A stretch of DNA of 64,000 nt from a virus. Lineage: Duplodnaviria; Caudoviricetes. Positions 54,736 to 64,000 of the stretch are shown in pieces. How positions within the stretch are numbered: the first letter of the stretch is position 1; each line of letters opens with the position of its first letter. Position numbers and translations under genes: made by a program. The stretch is from IMG/VR virus record IMGVR_UViG_3300028048_000054; one strand, given 5' to 3'. Below the pieces are notes generated by a model. That model saw nothing but the letters and a program-made list of their open reading frames with translations, was not told the DNA's origin and searched no databases.

Positions 54736-55857
54736 ATGATTAATTATAAACAAGCAGGTTATAACACATTAAATGAGATGTTTGATGCTATGCTCAAAAA
54801 GCAAGCAGACGGGGACCACATTGGTTTTATTAAAATGAGTTCCTTATTAACATCAAATCAAAAAGTAGCATTTATTGAACACAGTAAAGGACACGAAGTA
54901 TTTGCTGGTGCTATGAAAGATTTAGTAACAGAATCTTGTGGTGACTATCGTGTAGGTAAAGACTACGCAGAATACATCAAAATGGCATTAGCAAAAGGTG
55001 GTTATATTGTAACTCCCAAACCAGAAGATGGTTGTTGCTGTGGTGACAACTGGTCATACCCAGAAGTATATTTCACTGATGGTCAACTAATTGAAGGGTA
55101 TGTAGCATTGTTCCAAAAAGAAGTACACTTGAAAGCAGTAGATGCGAAAGAACGTATTTATAATAAATCAATTACTTACTTGGACGAAACAGACTTAATT
55201 GAAAGTATTGACCACTTCAAACACGATATTGAAGAAACTTTTAATGAAGTAGGTGCTCCTGAAATTTCTGCCGATGCTTCTATTGAAACAAAAGCAGAGG
55301 GTCAAGATACAGAGTGGGCCAAAAATGAATTACAAATGTGCATTGAAAATGACCCACAATTATACTATCAACAAATTGAACCTATTTGTAAAAATTTAGC
55401 ACGTAAAAAACAAAAAGGTGTGTATGACCCAGAATTAGCTATTAAATTATGGTACTACTGCGTACAAAATGGTTATAAAAAATATCGTCAAGAAATTGAT
55501 TCAAATTTCAAGTTATCTACAGCAGATAGACGTGAAGTAGCCGAAAATTTACGTGACCATTATGATGAAGAAGTAGATGCTTGGGTAGCAGAGTTATTTG
55601 GACCCCAAAATGAACAAGAAGAACAAGTAAATGCTGCATTAGATAAGGCAGCGGAAGCGGGTGATTCTTCAGATGGTGTTGCTACATTATCACAGTATTT
55701 ACAAGTAGACCCAACTGAAGTAACAACTGAAGATGGTGAAAATTATTCAGTAAATGGTAAAACTGAAACATATAAAGTAAGTGATACAGCATTAGATTTA
55801 GCCGAACAAGGTTATCAAAATGCTATGCACGATAACAAATATATTTATTGGAAATAA
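54736..55857 (+). CDS. putative virion protein
   Basis: contains ELQMCIEND..LY...PI.KNLARK..KG.YD module. Confidence 0.72.
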   Translation: MINYKQAGYNTLNEMFDAMLKKQADGDHIGFIKMSSLLTSNQKVAFIEHSKGHEVFAGAMKDLVTESCGDYRVGKDYAEYIKMALAKGGYIVTPKPEDGCCCGDNWSYPEVYFTDGQLIEGYVALFQKEVHLKAVDAKERIYNKSITYLDETDLIESIDHFKHDIEETFNEVGAPEISADASIETKAEGQDTEWAKNELQMCIENDPQLYYQQIEPICKNLARKKQKGVYDPELAIKLWYYCVQNGYKKYRQEIDSNFKLSTADRREVAENLRDHYDEEVDAWVAELFGPQNEQEEQVNAALDKAAEAGDSSDGVATLSQYLQVDPTEVTTEDGENYSVNGKTETYKVSDTALDLAEQGYQNAMHDNKYIYWK

Positions 55858-56213
55858 CTATGGCAGACTTTGAGATTGAAAATGTGAACCCAGAAGATGT
55901 TTACTCCAACAAGGAACTCCAAGATAACTACACAAAACTGTCTATTAATGGTGAAACTGTTGCGGTAATTATTCCTTTTCACAAATCTCAAGCACCACAA
56001 TCTGATGAAAAAGTGGTAAATATTTCAGAGTTAATTCGTGAAGAAGAAAGTAACAACGAAGTAGTGCCAGAAGAGCAGGATACAGAAAACAAAGAACGTG
56101 GTGATTTCAGAAAGAGATTACTTGAAAAAGGACATACGGTGGACGTTCCAGATGATGGTAATCAAGTTTATACTAATTCCTCGTTTGAATTAACCACCAT
56201 TGATAAATTATAA
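55848..56213 (+). CDS. acidic hypothetical protein
   Basis: ORF ending in FELTTIDKL motif. Confidence 0.65.
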   Translation: MEITMADFEIENVNPEDVYSNKELQDNYTKLSINGETVAVIIPFHKSQAPQSDEKVVNISELIREEESNNEVVPEEQDTENKERGDFRKRLLEKGHTVDVPDDGNQVYTNSSFELTTIDKL

Positions 56214-56224
56214 GGTGAATTGAT

Positions 56225-57055
56225 ATGGATACGAAAAAGAGCAGAAGTTGTTATAATTTAGCCATTGTAAAGAAAGGAAGTAGATTTGATATTGTCAGAT
56301 ACAACAATGGTTTTGACAGAGAACCAGTTACTATTTTACGTAACGTGGACAAAAATGAAATTAATTCCAAATTCCAAAGAGCAATTAAACTTATTGGAAG
56401 TACAATGAGTTTATTTAGTGTCTTTATTCGCCCATTTGATAAAAATCAATTGGTTGAGTTGGTATTAATGTTGGAAGATTCTGGAATCGCACAGGGTGAT
56501 ATTAAAATACAGGCCAATGGAACCGTGTATTTTAAGATGCAAGGCGAAGATGATAAATATGTGCGTGATAATATTGAATCATTATTAAGAGAGAATAACT
56601 TTGATTTTGATTCAGATATGATTACAGTGGCCCGTGGTGATGCTATGGAACCAACACCAGTTAAAAAAGCATCAGTACAACCTATGGAACCAGTTAAAAA
56701 AGAAGTAGTAAAAACTTCAAATTTAACGGCAGAGGAACAAGAAGAACTGGAAACAATTCAAATGTACCCAGAACTTATGGCCAATCCAGAATTGAAAGCA
56801 AAGTATGAAGAATTGATGAAGAAGTCTGGTTCTACCGTACAACCCTCTCCATCGATGGATGAAAATGACATTGACCCTATTAATACTGTTACTCCTAAAG
56901 TTAATAAGGCAGAACAATTTCTAACTTCAACACCAAACAAATATGACAGTGGTGAGAAGTTAGTACAGGCAATGTTGGACAATGGAATTTCTGTAGAAGA
57001 AATTAAAGAGTGCTATAAAAATAAACCTGAATTGTTAAAATCAGCACTCCAATAG
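56225..57055 (+). CDS. hypothetical protein
   Basis: ORF, AGGTG SD. Confidence 0.7.
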   Translation: MDTKKSRSCYNLAIVKKGSRFDIVRYNNGFDREPVTILRNVDKNEINSKFQRAIKLIGSTMSLFSVFIRPFDKNQLVELVLMLEDSGIAQGDIKIQANGTVYFKMQGEDDKYVRDNIESLLRENNFDFDSDMITVARGDAMEPTPVKKASVQPMEPVKKEVVKTSNLTAEEQEELETIQMYPELMANPELKAKYEELMKKSGSTVQPSPSMDENDIDPINTVTPKVNKAEQFLTSTPNKYDSGEKLVQAMLDNGISVEEIKECYKNKPELLKSALQ

Positions 57056-57083
57056 TTTACAGTTTAGTATTTAGTAGGATGAT

Positions 57084-58712
57084 ATGATAGAAGGACAAGA
57101 ACTGAGAGACTATATCATCAAAGTTACTGATGAGGCGGTTATAACCAATTCGTCATTACAGAATTGGGCAGAGAGTATTGGTGTTCACTTGTGGGACAAC
57201 CAACTTGAAATTCTTGATACTATATTGAATCCTTCTATTAGAAATATATGCGTCACGGCTGCTCGTGGTGCTGGTAAAACATTTATTATCTCTATTGCTG
57301 TTATTAAGCAGTGTATAGAGAATAAAAATTACCGTGTTCTTTTATTCGGTCCAAAAGCAGAGTTGGCAGCCCGTATATTGGCTGATGGTGTTAGACCACT
57401 GTGTATGAACAACGCAATTCTATCGGCAGAGGTAGATTGGGACGTTTGTAAACAGAAAGAGTTTAGATTCAAAAATGGTTCGTGGATAAGATGTTTGGGT
57501 GCTAATGATAATACCCAAATCGAAGGTTATCACTGCGATATGATAGTGCTGGACGAAAGCCACCAAATTTCTACGCAGTTTTATAACTTACGTATCTCTC
57601 CAATGAACTCTGATTCTAAAAACCCAAAAAACATCAAAATTGGTATTACTTTGTATGATAATCACTTCAGACAATCAGCAAAGTCACCAAAGTGGACTTG
57701 GTTAAATTACCCTTGGTATAAATGTCAAAACATTTATAATCCAAATGATTTAATTGAGATTAATGGGGTTAAATATCCTAATGATATTGTAGAAAAGATG
57801 CCACTTTCAATGAAAATGAAAAGATGGCCAAATAACCCAGAAGTTCACTATGAGTCTTCCGTAGGTATGTCCGAAGAAGATTTTAAAACACAGTATGAGA
57901 TGGAGTGGGTAGACTCAATTTCAGGTCTATTAACAGGGGAAGACCAGGATAAATTAGAGGGATTTCACGATTATCTGTATCGTGGGCTTCCAGACGAGAA
58001 ATATTATTTTGGTCTAGATTGTGCAGGAGGCTCACTAGTTAAAGAGGGGAACGACCGTGACTTTACTGAACTAGTTATTGGTCGTATTACACCAGAACAC
58101 CAGAAGCAAATTGTGGCTCTTTACCAATGGCAGGGTGACTTAACAGTTCAAGCAGAAGAAATTATGCACATCATTACAGATGTGTTTCCTTGCCAGTTTG
58201 GGTGTGCTGACTATTCGACAATGGGAACAGCAATTGTCGACCAGTTTTTAAGTAAAAAGATACCAATAGCAGGTATCGCTTATAAGAAAACAGACCCAGT
58301 GTCTGGTAAAAATTATAAGAACTCAATCTTCGACCAGTTCGTGTATGAGTTAAGACACGATAGGGTAAAATATCCTTCATTGAAGTCGTTATTAGACGAA
58401 GATGGAAAGATAACAACCAATGAAGCACAACTTCTCAATAAGCATTTAATTGAGTGGGGTGCTGTGGAAAGAAGAAAGAAAGCAGTAGGTATTAATGATG
58501 ACATTTCCGCACCAAAAGGCGGTGGTTATCACGATGATTGTGTAAATGCGGCGGCCCTCTTTGTCTGGGCTTGTGACAAGTGTGATGAAGACAAAAAGAG
58601 GGTTGGTTTATTTACAAAAAATTTTAAATTTGTAATGCCAAAATTCGGTTCTACAACGGCACAGGCAAGAAGTTCGTTAGGTAAACCGATAAGTTCAGGG
58701 TGGATGAGATGA
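57084..58712 (+). CDS. terL: terminase large subunit
   Basis: Q motif, Walker A ARGAGKT, Walker B VLDE, nuclease GLD...D...D...HDD. Confidence 0.93.
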   Translation: MIEGQELRDYIIKVTDEAVITNSSLQNWAESIGVHLWDNQLEILDTILNPSIRNICVTAARGAGKTFIISIAVIKQCIENKNYRVLLFGPKAELAARILADGVRPLCMNNAILSAEVDWDVCKQKEFRFKNGSWIRCLGANDNTQIEGYHCDMIVLDESHQISTQFYNLRISPMNSDSKNPKNIKIGITLYDNHFRQSAKSPKWTWLNYPWYKCQNIYNPNDLIEINGVKYPNDIVEKMPLSMKMKRWPNNPEVHYESSVGMSEEDFKTQYEMEWVDSISGLLTGEDQDKLEGFHDYLYRGLPDEKYYFGLDCAGGSLVKEGNDRDFTELVIGRITPEHQKQIVALYQWQGDLTVQAEEIMHIITDVFPCQFGCADYSTMGTAIVDQFLSKKIPIAGIAYKKTDPVSGKNYKNSIFDQFVYELRHDRVKYPSLKSLLDEDGKITTNEAQLLNKHLIEWGAVERRKKAVGINDDISAPKGGGYHDDCVNAAALFVWACDKCDEDKKRVGLFTKNFKFVMPKFGSTTAQARSSLGKPISSGWMR

Positions 58713-58939
58713 GCACTATATCACACATTAAACACGTAGTAAGAACTGTTCAACCAGTTTTAGAAGAAGTAACACAAGCAACAATGAACTGCCTAGAAGA
58801 GTTGCGTGCCTGTGGCATTTTTACCGAAGAAATGCAAGATTTAGCGAACGCAATTGAGTGTTTGGAAAATACACACAGTAATTTAAACGACAGATTAATT
58901 GCTTTCAGAGAATATGAAGATTTGAACGAGGATGACTAA
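58700..58939 (+). CDS. hypothetical protein
   Basis: ORF bridging terL and portal. Confidence 0.65.
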   Translation: MDEMSTISHIKHVVRTVQPVLEEVTQATMNCLEELRACGIFTEEMQDLANAIECLENTHSNLNDRLIAFREYEDLNEDD

Positions 58940-60651
58940 TGCCTAAGAATTTAATTACGGGTAAAAAGAGTACACCTATTAGTAAAAAATTTAGTAAGTT
59001 TGCTAACCCTACATTTATTACAAAACATAATAATATTTTAAGTGGAACTGGTTTTGGTAAAGAAGCTTTTTACGATACAGAGTCCACGATTCCTAATTTT
59101 TACACACCAGAATTAACACCTGATACTTGGTTACTGCCTCGTTCCAGAGCCGAGATTTTAAGATGGTGTCGTTTATTCTTTAACTTAGACCCGTACATTA
59201 ACTCGATTTTAACAATGCACGCTCAATATCCAGTGTGCAACTTCAGATTAAAATATAAAGACAAAGAAACTGAAGCATTTTTTAATAGAAAACTTTTTGA
59301 TAATAAAGAGTTCAGTTGGATTGATTTCTTGGAACAAGTAATGCTCTCATACTGGAAACTTGGTGAAGCAGTGGTATGGGGTGATTTTAACGAAGCCAAA
59401 GGAACCTGGAATAGTTTCTCATTAATTGACCCATCTTTAATTGAATATAAAGAAGACCCGATGTCTGGTGAAGTAGAGATGTCAATTATTCCTACAAGAG
59501 AATTGAAACAGATGCTCGCCGAGGGGTTAAAACAGGGTAGAAGTGATATTCCAGTAGAATATATTCGGTGTGTACAAGAAAACCAAAAGATTCCATTAGA
59601 CGCAACTGGAACAGAAGCAAACTACTTAACTGGTAAAAAATATTCTCCTGCCAAAGTATTTATGCTTGCTCGTAAAACAGACCCAGGTGCTACTCGTGGT
59701 ACTCCAATTATTCAATCACTTTTCAAAACACTTATCTATTCTGATAAGATTAGACTTGCTCAAATTGCTATCGCCGACAGACTTCACTTGCCAATGGAAA
59801 TTTGGTCAATTGGTGAATATACAGGCGACCCAAATACATCAATTATTCCAGATGATGGGATGATTGCTAATGTCCGTGAAGCAATTAGAGAAGCCACAAT
59901 GCAACCTCCATTTTCAATTTTCGTTCCACCTTACATTAAATATGAAGCAGTAGGTGTGAACGGTAAATTATTGTCAGTCTATGAAGATTTAGGATATGTT
60001 GAGAACTGTATCTTCGTAGCATTGGGTGTAAATAAGAATTTAATTTTAGGTCAAGGTCCCTCTTTCTCATCAAGTAAACAGACATCATTATTCAAATTGA
60101 TTAAGATGTATAAAATGATGCGCTTGAAATTGGAAGCCTTTATTAAACGGTATATTATTCTTCCAATTGCTAAAGCCAATGATGTTAAAGATGAGTATGG
60201 TGACTATGTAGTACCAGACATCGATTGGGAAGAAAGTTTAAACCCAGAACAAGATGTAGAGAAATTTAACAATATCCTCAAATTGTGGGATAAAGGTTTG
60301 GTTTCCACTACTACATTATATGAATACTTCCCTGGCAAATTAGATATTAACCTTGAAAAACAAAGACTGGAAGAAGAAAAATTAACAGTATTTGATAAAG
60401 GTACAGATAGATTAGGAAGTAAAGCACAACGCGCTGATTTGAAGAATAATGATGCAAATAAGGGTAAGAATCCAACTCCAAGTGATGGCTCTAAACCAGC
60501 CGAAAACTTACCACCCCCATTGGAAGGTGGTGTAAAGGACGAGGGTGAAGGCCCAGCAGGTCCAGATGCTCCTGGTGGTGAAGATAAAGCACCAGAGGGT
60601 GGTGAAGGACCAGAAGCCCCTGATACGAACGCAGGACCAGAAGGAGAATAA
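58939..60651 (+). CDS. portal protein
   Basis: after TerL; YWKLGEA, RGTPIIQS, LGV..NLI.G patterns; low-complexity C-terminus. Confidence 0.85.
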   Translation: MPKNLITGKKSTPISKKFSKFANPTFITKHNNILSGTGFGKEAFYDTESTIPNFYTPELTPDTWLLPRSRAEILRWCRLFFNLDPYINSILTMHAQYPVCNFRLKYKDKETEAFFNRKLFDNKEFSWIDFLEQVMLSYWKLGEAVVWGDFNEAKGTWNSFSLIDPSLIEYKEDPMSGEVEMSIIPTRELKQMLAEGLKQGRSDIPVEYIRCVQENQKIPLDATGTEANYLTGKKYSPAKVFMLARKTDPGATRGTPIIQSLFKTLIYSDKIRLAQIAIADRLHLPMEIWSIGEYTGDPNTSIIPDDGMIANVREAIREATMQPPFSIFVPPYIKYEAVGVNGKLLSVYEDLGYVENCIFVALGVNKNLILGQGPSFSSSKQTSLFKLIKMYKMMRLKLEAFIKRYIILPIAKANDVKDEYGDYVVPDIDWEESLNPEQDVEKFNNILKLWDKGLVSTTTLYEYFPGKLDINLEKQRLEEEKLTVFDKGTDRLGSKAQRADLKNNDANKGKNPTPSDGSKPAENLPPPLEGGVKDEGEGPAGPDAPGGEDKAPEGGEGPEAPDTNAGPEGE

Positions 60652-60652
60652 T

Positions 60653-60781
60653 ATGTTTAAAATTACAGGTTCAGTTAAAAAAATTGAAGTAGTAACACCT
60701 AAACAAGCAGAAGAATTTAACAAAGAGGCTGAAGTAAAAGAAGCCCCAAAAGCAAAAAAAGGTAAAAAACAAGCCAAATAA
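60653..60781 (+). CDS. small basic protein (42 aa)
   Basis: AGGAG SD; MFKITGSVKK... Confidence 0.55.
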   Translation: MFKITGSVKKIEVVTPKQAEEFNKEAEVKEAPKAKKGKKQAK

Positions 60782-60784
60782 GTT

Positions 60785-61087
60785 TTGAAATTGGTATACA
60801 CTTTTATATTAGGTGTAAGGGTAAATATGGCTAATAAGGTAAATTTAAGTTCTGCGATTAAGCAAGTAGTGTTGAAAGAACTTTTAGGCAGTGTAATTGA
60901 TTTAACTCGTATTTCAGAAATGAGTGAAAGAGCACACCGCCAATTCTGCATTACTATTAAAAAAGAGTTCTTTGAAAAAGTAGAACTATTAAATACCTTA
61001 TTTGAAAAGGCCGATGGATTCGAAGTTACTCCCACCGAAGAAGTGATGAACTCTTTACGGAGTAAGAAAGATGATACCCACAACTAA
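60785..61087 (+). CDS. hypothetical protein (probable start 60827)
   Basis: ORF. Confidence 0.65.
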   Translation: MKLVYTFILGVRVNMANKVNLSSAIKQVVLKELLGSVIDLTRISEMSERAHRQFCITIKKEFFEKVELLNTLFEKADGFEVTPTEEVMNSLRSKKDDTHN

Positions 61088-61856
61088 ACATTGGCTAAAT
61101 GGTTTAAATGTTACTGCTGTTGGAAATGAAAATAGTGGTGACCGAAAAACTGTTAAACCACAAGATATGAGTTTGGACACTCTGATAATGCTCTTAAATG
61201 AGGGGTATGATAGAGTGACCTGGATTGGAAGTGACAGAGATAAAGCAGAAAATGAAATCTGTCAGCGTTATGATTCAAACCAAACAACGTGGTCTTTGGA
61301 AGCCTTTATAAATGTTAACGCAGACTATTTAGGTGGTATTCAAAAAACTGCTGCATTATCGAAAGAAGACTATTCAATTGATGAGTGGCAGGAATTATTA
61401 ACCAGTCCTGGAAGAGCATTAAAGTATGCACAACAACATAACTTTCAGGATTTACCACAGGAAGTAATAGATAGTATAGCGGAAGATGGTCTTTCATCAT
61501 ATAGGTTTGTAAATAGATTTTTAAAAGTAAATCAAACAGACCCAATTCCACAATCAATCGTGGATGCTACATTAAGTGATGAAGACCAACTTGACTATCT
61601 ATATGAAATTTATAAAGACCAACCAAACTTCCCAGATACATACAGAGATATGTATGAGGGTATAGCGAGAGATAGACAACGTGAAGTGCATTATCATAAC
61701 AATCAAAAAGGTACAAAATTTGATAAAAGTAATGCAAAAATTCCTTTTGATGCCCCAATCTTTTCACACTCTCACGTTGGGTGTCAGTGTTATTTAAAAG
61801 TGTGGAAATCTACAGACCCAGATGATTGTGTGTTTGTAGATGCAAATGGATGGTAA
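61071..61856 (+). CDS. MuF-like minor head protein with inserted module
   Basis: W...IC...; HSHVGCQC resembles MuF HPNCRC; lies between portal and protease. Confidence 0.5.
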   Translation: MIPTTKHWLNGLNVTAVGNENSGDRKTVKPQDMSLDTLIMLLNEGYDRVTWIGSDRDKAENEICQRYDSNQTTWSLEAFINVNADYLGGIQKTAALSKEDYSIDEWQELLTSPGRALKYAQQHNFQDLPQEVIDSIAEDGLSSYRFVNRFLKVNQTDPIPQSIVDATLSDEDQLDYLYEIYKDQPNFPDTYRDMYEGIARDRQREVHYHNNQKGTKFDKSNAKIPFDAPIFSHSHVGCQCYLKVWKSTDPDDCVFVDANGW

Positions 61857-61865
61857 TTAACTAAA

Positions 61866-64000
61866 ATGGCATTTTTAAAATTAGGTTCAACTTTACAGAT
61901 TTTACAACCAAATCAAGTGTTGTATAAAACTGCTTCTAAAGAATTAGATAATGTCGTGGCTGAAAAGAACGACAACTTTACCTATTTCCAAACTATTGCT
62001 CTACACTCTGATGTCCCAAATCTTAATGGGGACATCTTTCCTTTAGATGAATTAAAAAAGTCTTACAAATCATTTATTGGTCGTGGGTTATATTTAGACC
62101 ACAATGCCCAATCAGTGGCAAATGCAGTAGGTAAAGTATTTGATGCTAAGTTAATTGAAATTCCAGGGGCTACAGAAGAAGAGGGGAAATATGGTGTTGT
62201 ATGTCTCTGTGGTGTTGATAAAACAACACACCCAGACATCGCCAAAAAAGTAGCAAGTGGGGTAATTGATAGTGTTTCAATGGGTGCGTCCGTAGGTTCT
62301 TGTACTTGTGGAATTTGTGGTGTAAAATGCTCAACCCCAGAAGAATTTTGTGTACACTTACAACATCAAGGGCAAGTAGACCCAGATACTGGTAAGAAAT
62401 GTACATCAATCAACCACGATGTATCTTTCACCGAATTATCATTAGTAGGTGTTCCAGCAGACCCATACGCCAAAATGCAAAAAGTATTCGCAGACTTCGT
62501 AGGTGGTATAACAAAAATTGCTGGTGAAGAAAAACAATTTTTAGAAAAGTTCTCATTTAGTATTCCTTGTGGTAATGAGAAACTTTGCGAAATGATTTAT
62601 AACCTTTTAGACGGTTATAAAAAACAAGGAATTATGGACTTGTCGGCTGATGGGTCTATATTAAAACTTTCTGTAGAAGCCAAAAGCGAAGCAGAAGCAT
62701 TAAAAAAATTAGAGTCAATCAGCCAAGAACAGGGGTTGGACGTTGAAAAACCTCTGAAAAAAGAGGAGAAATCAATGTCAGAAGAAATTAAACCTGTTGA
62801 AGAACAAGTAGAAAAAACTGCTGATGTAGATGAAGCAGCAGCGACCGAAGAAGCACAAAAAATTATCGACAATTTTGAACCAGTTCGTCTTGAGATGGAT
62901 GGTGGTGATGGTACATATGCATCAGTTTTAGTTGGAGATAAAAATTCAGATTTTACAGCCTGGATTGATGTTACAATTAAAAATGATGATGTAGAGTGCG
63001 ACTGGAACCAATTTATTACAAACTTACGTGATACAAACGAAGTAATTAATAAAAAAGTTCGTGATGATAATAAAGTATTTGAATTAGCAACAAGTGAAGC
63101 AATTCAAACTTTACAAGATAAAAATATTATTACTCAAGATGAGAAAGGTTTTTGGCATTGGGCAACCAAACAAGCCGAAGTAAACCCAGATTTGCAAGAA
63201 GTACAATCTTCAAATACTCAATCAAATGAGGTAAAAGACGTGAAAGCAGAAGAAAAGAAAGAAGAAGTAAAACAGGAAAAAACTGCTGCTATGGTCCCAC
63301 CATTCACTGACACAAAAGCACCTGCTGCTCCTGTAGCAGACCCCATTGTGGCCCCAGTGAAAGAACCAGAAGCCAAGCCAGAAATTCCTGCTCCTGCCCC
63401 AGAAGTGAAACCTCTGAAAGATGCTCCATTGGCTGATGCTCCTATGGGTGATAAACCTTTAGGTGACAAACCTATGGCAGATAAACCAGCGGTCCCACCA
63501 ATGGCAGACGGAAAAGAGAAATTTGAAGAAGTTAAACCAGAAGCACCTGCCGACAAAATTAAGACAACACAAGATGCTGCTAAAGCATTATTAGATGCCT
63601 TAAAAGCAGGTGAAAATGCGGACCTCAAAGCCCTTGAAGATGTCATTAATTTCTTAAAAGCAGATAAAAAAGAAGCACCTGCTAAAGAAGAAAAGAAAGA
63701 CGATAAAAAGGACGAAAAGAAAGACGACAAAAAAGAGGACGCTCCTAAAGCAGAAGAAAAGAAAGACGCTCTTAAAGAAGATAAAAAGGACGATAAAGAA
63801 CCTGCTAAGGAAGAAAAGAAAGACGACAAACCTGCTGAAGAAAAGAAAGCGGAAGCCGAACCTGCTCAAGAAGTAGTGGCCGAACCTACAACCGAAGAAA
63901 TTCCTGTAGAAGCCAAAGAAGAGAAGGAAGAAGCAAAAGAAGTGGAATCTGAAGCCAAACCCGCTGAAGAAGTGAAAGAAGTAGAAGCGGCAGCAGATAC
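61866..64000 (+). CDS. prohead maturation protease fused to scaffold-like region (partial; absent from ORF track)
   Basis: MAFLKLG...NGDIF..DEL..SY.SFIG..LYLDH...AVG...SVSMG...CxCxIC...ELSLVGVPAD, then E/K/P/A-rich tail open to window end. Confidence 0.88.
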   Translation, partial: MAFLKLGSTLQILQPNQVLYKTASKELDNVVAEKNDNFTYFQTIALHSDVPNLNGDIFPLDELKKSYKSFIGRGLYLDHNAQSVANAVGKVFDAKLIEIPGATEEEGKYGVVCLCGVDKTTHPDIAKKVASGVIDSVSMGASVGSCTCGICGVKCSTPEEFCVHLQHQGQVDPDTGKKCTSINHDVSFTELSLVGVPADPYAKMQKVFADFVGGITKIAGEEKQFLEKFSFSIPCGNEKLCEMIYNLLDGYKKQGIMDLSADGSILKLSVEAKSEAEALKKLESISQEQGLDVEKPLKKEEKSMSEEIKPVEEQVEKTADVDEAAATEEAQKIIDNFEPVRLEMDGGDGTYASVLVGDKNSDFTAWIDVTIKNDDVECDWNQFITNLRDTNEVINKKVRDDNKVFELATSEAIQTLQDKNIITQDEKGFWHWATKQAEVNPDLQEVQSSNTQSNEVKDVKAEEKKEEVKQEKTAAMVPPFTDTKAPAAPVADPIVAPVKEPEAKPEIPAPAPEVKPLKDAPLADAPMGDKPLGDKPMADKPAVPPMADGKEKFEEVKPEAPADKIKTTQDAAKALLDALKAGENADLKALEDVINFLKADKKEAPAKEEKKDDKKDEKKDDKKEDAPKAEEKKDALKEDKKDDKEPAKEEKKDDKPAEEKKAEAEPAQEVVAEPTTEEIPVEAKEEKEEAKEVESEAKPAEEVKEVEAAAD

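Noticed and set aside
43384-63869. Minus-strand ORFs opposite the virion operon (e.g. 60508-61083, 63218-63829)
   Set aside because: Antisense shadows of long plus-strand genes; Ser/Phe/Leu-rich mirror composition
1-64000. Stop-codon recoding
   Set aside because: Core genes (terL, portal, nrdD) are intact in code 11, TAA/TAG/TGA all end genes, and no convincing suppressor tRNA was found

Overview
AT-rich segment of a large tailed dsDNA phage (Caudoviricetes, probably jumbo), likely infecting an anaerobe (class III RNR). The host is not established. Layout: (i) 1-6600: small minus-strand early-type genes driven by strong sigma70-type promoters, including a tandem promoter array. (ii) 6700-14600: accessory metabolic and regulatory genes (HNH, GuaC, CofE-like ligase, phosphoesterase, pseudo-receiver protein). 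(iii) 14590-25770: an ~11 kb minus-strand RNA operon. It holds 23 tRNAs (several aberrant; tRNA-Leu(UAA) is split by a group I intron carrying an HNH ORF), three free-standing HNH genes, a pyruvoyl arginine decarboxylase and a Ro60/TROVE gene. It also holds three Y-type RNAs that share one handle but carry different effector domains, several tRNA-elbow mimics and an ~870 nt pseudoknot-rich RNA. (iv) 25750-42800: small genes, a receptor-binding/tail fibre module, GroES and NrdD/NrdG. (v) 42800-43400: strand switch with divergent promoters and short repeats. (vi) 43400-64000: plus-strand virion operon with large acidic K-x-A-rich proteins, TerL, portal, a MuF-like protein and a prohead protease/scaffold that runs off the window. 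The best candidate for an undescribed system is the Ro60 + modular Y RNA + tRNA-mimic/large ncRNA locus. All calls were made by eye; no searches or folding programs were run.
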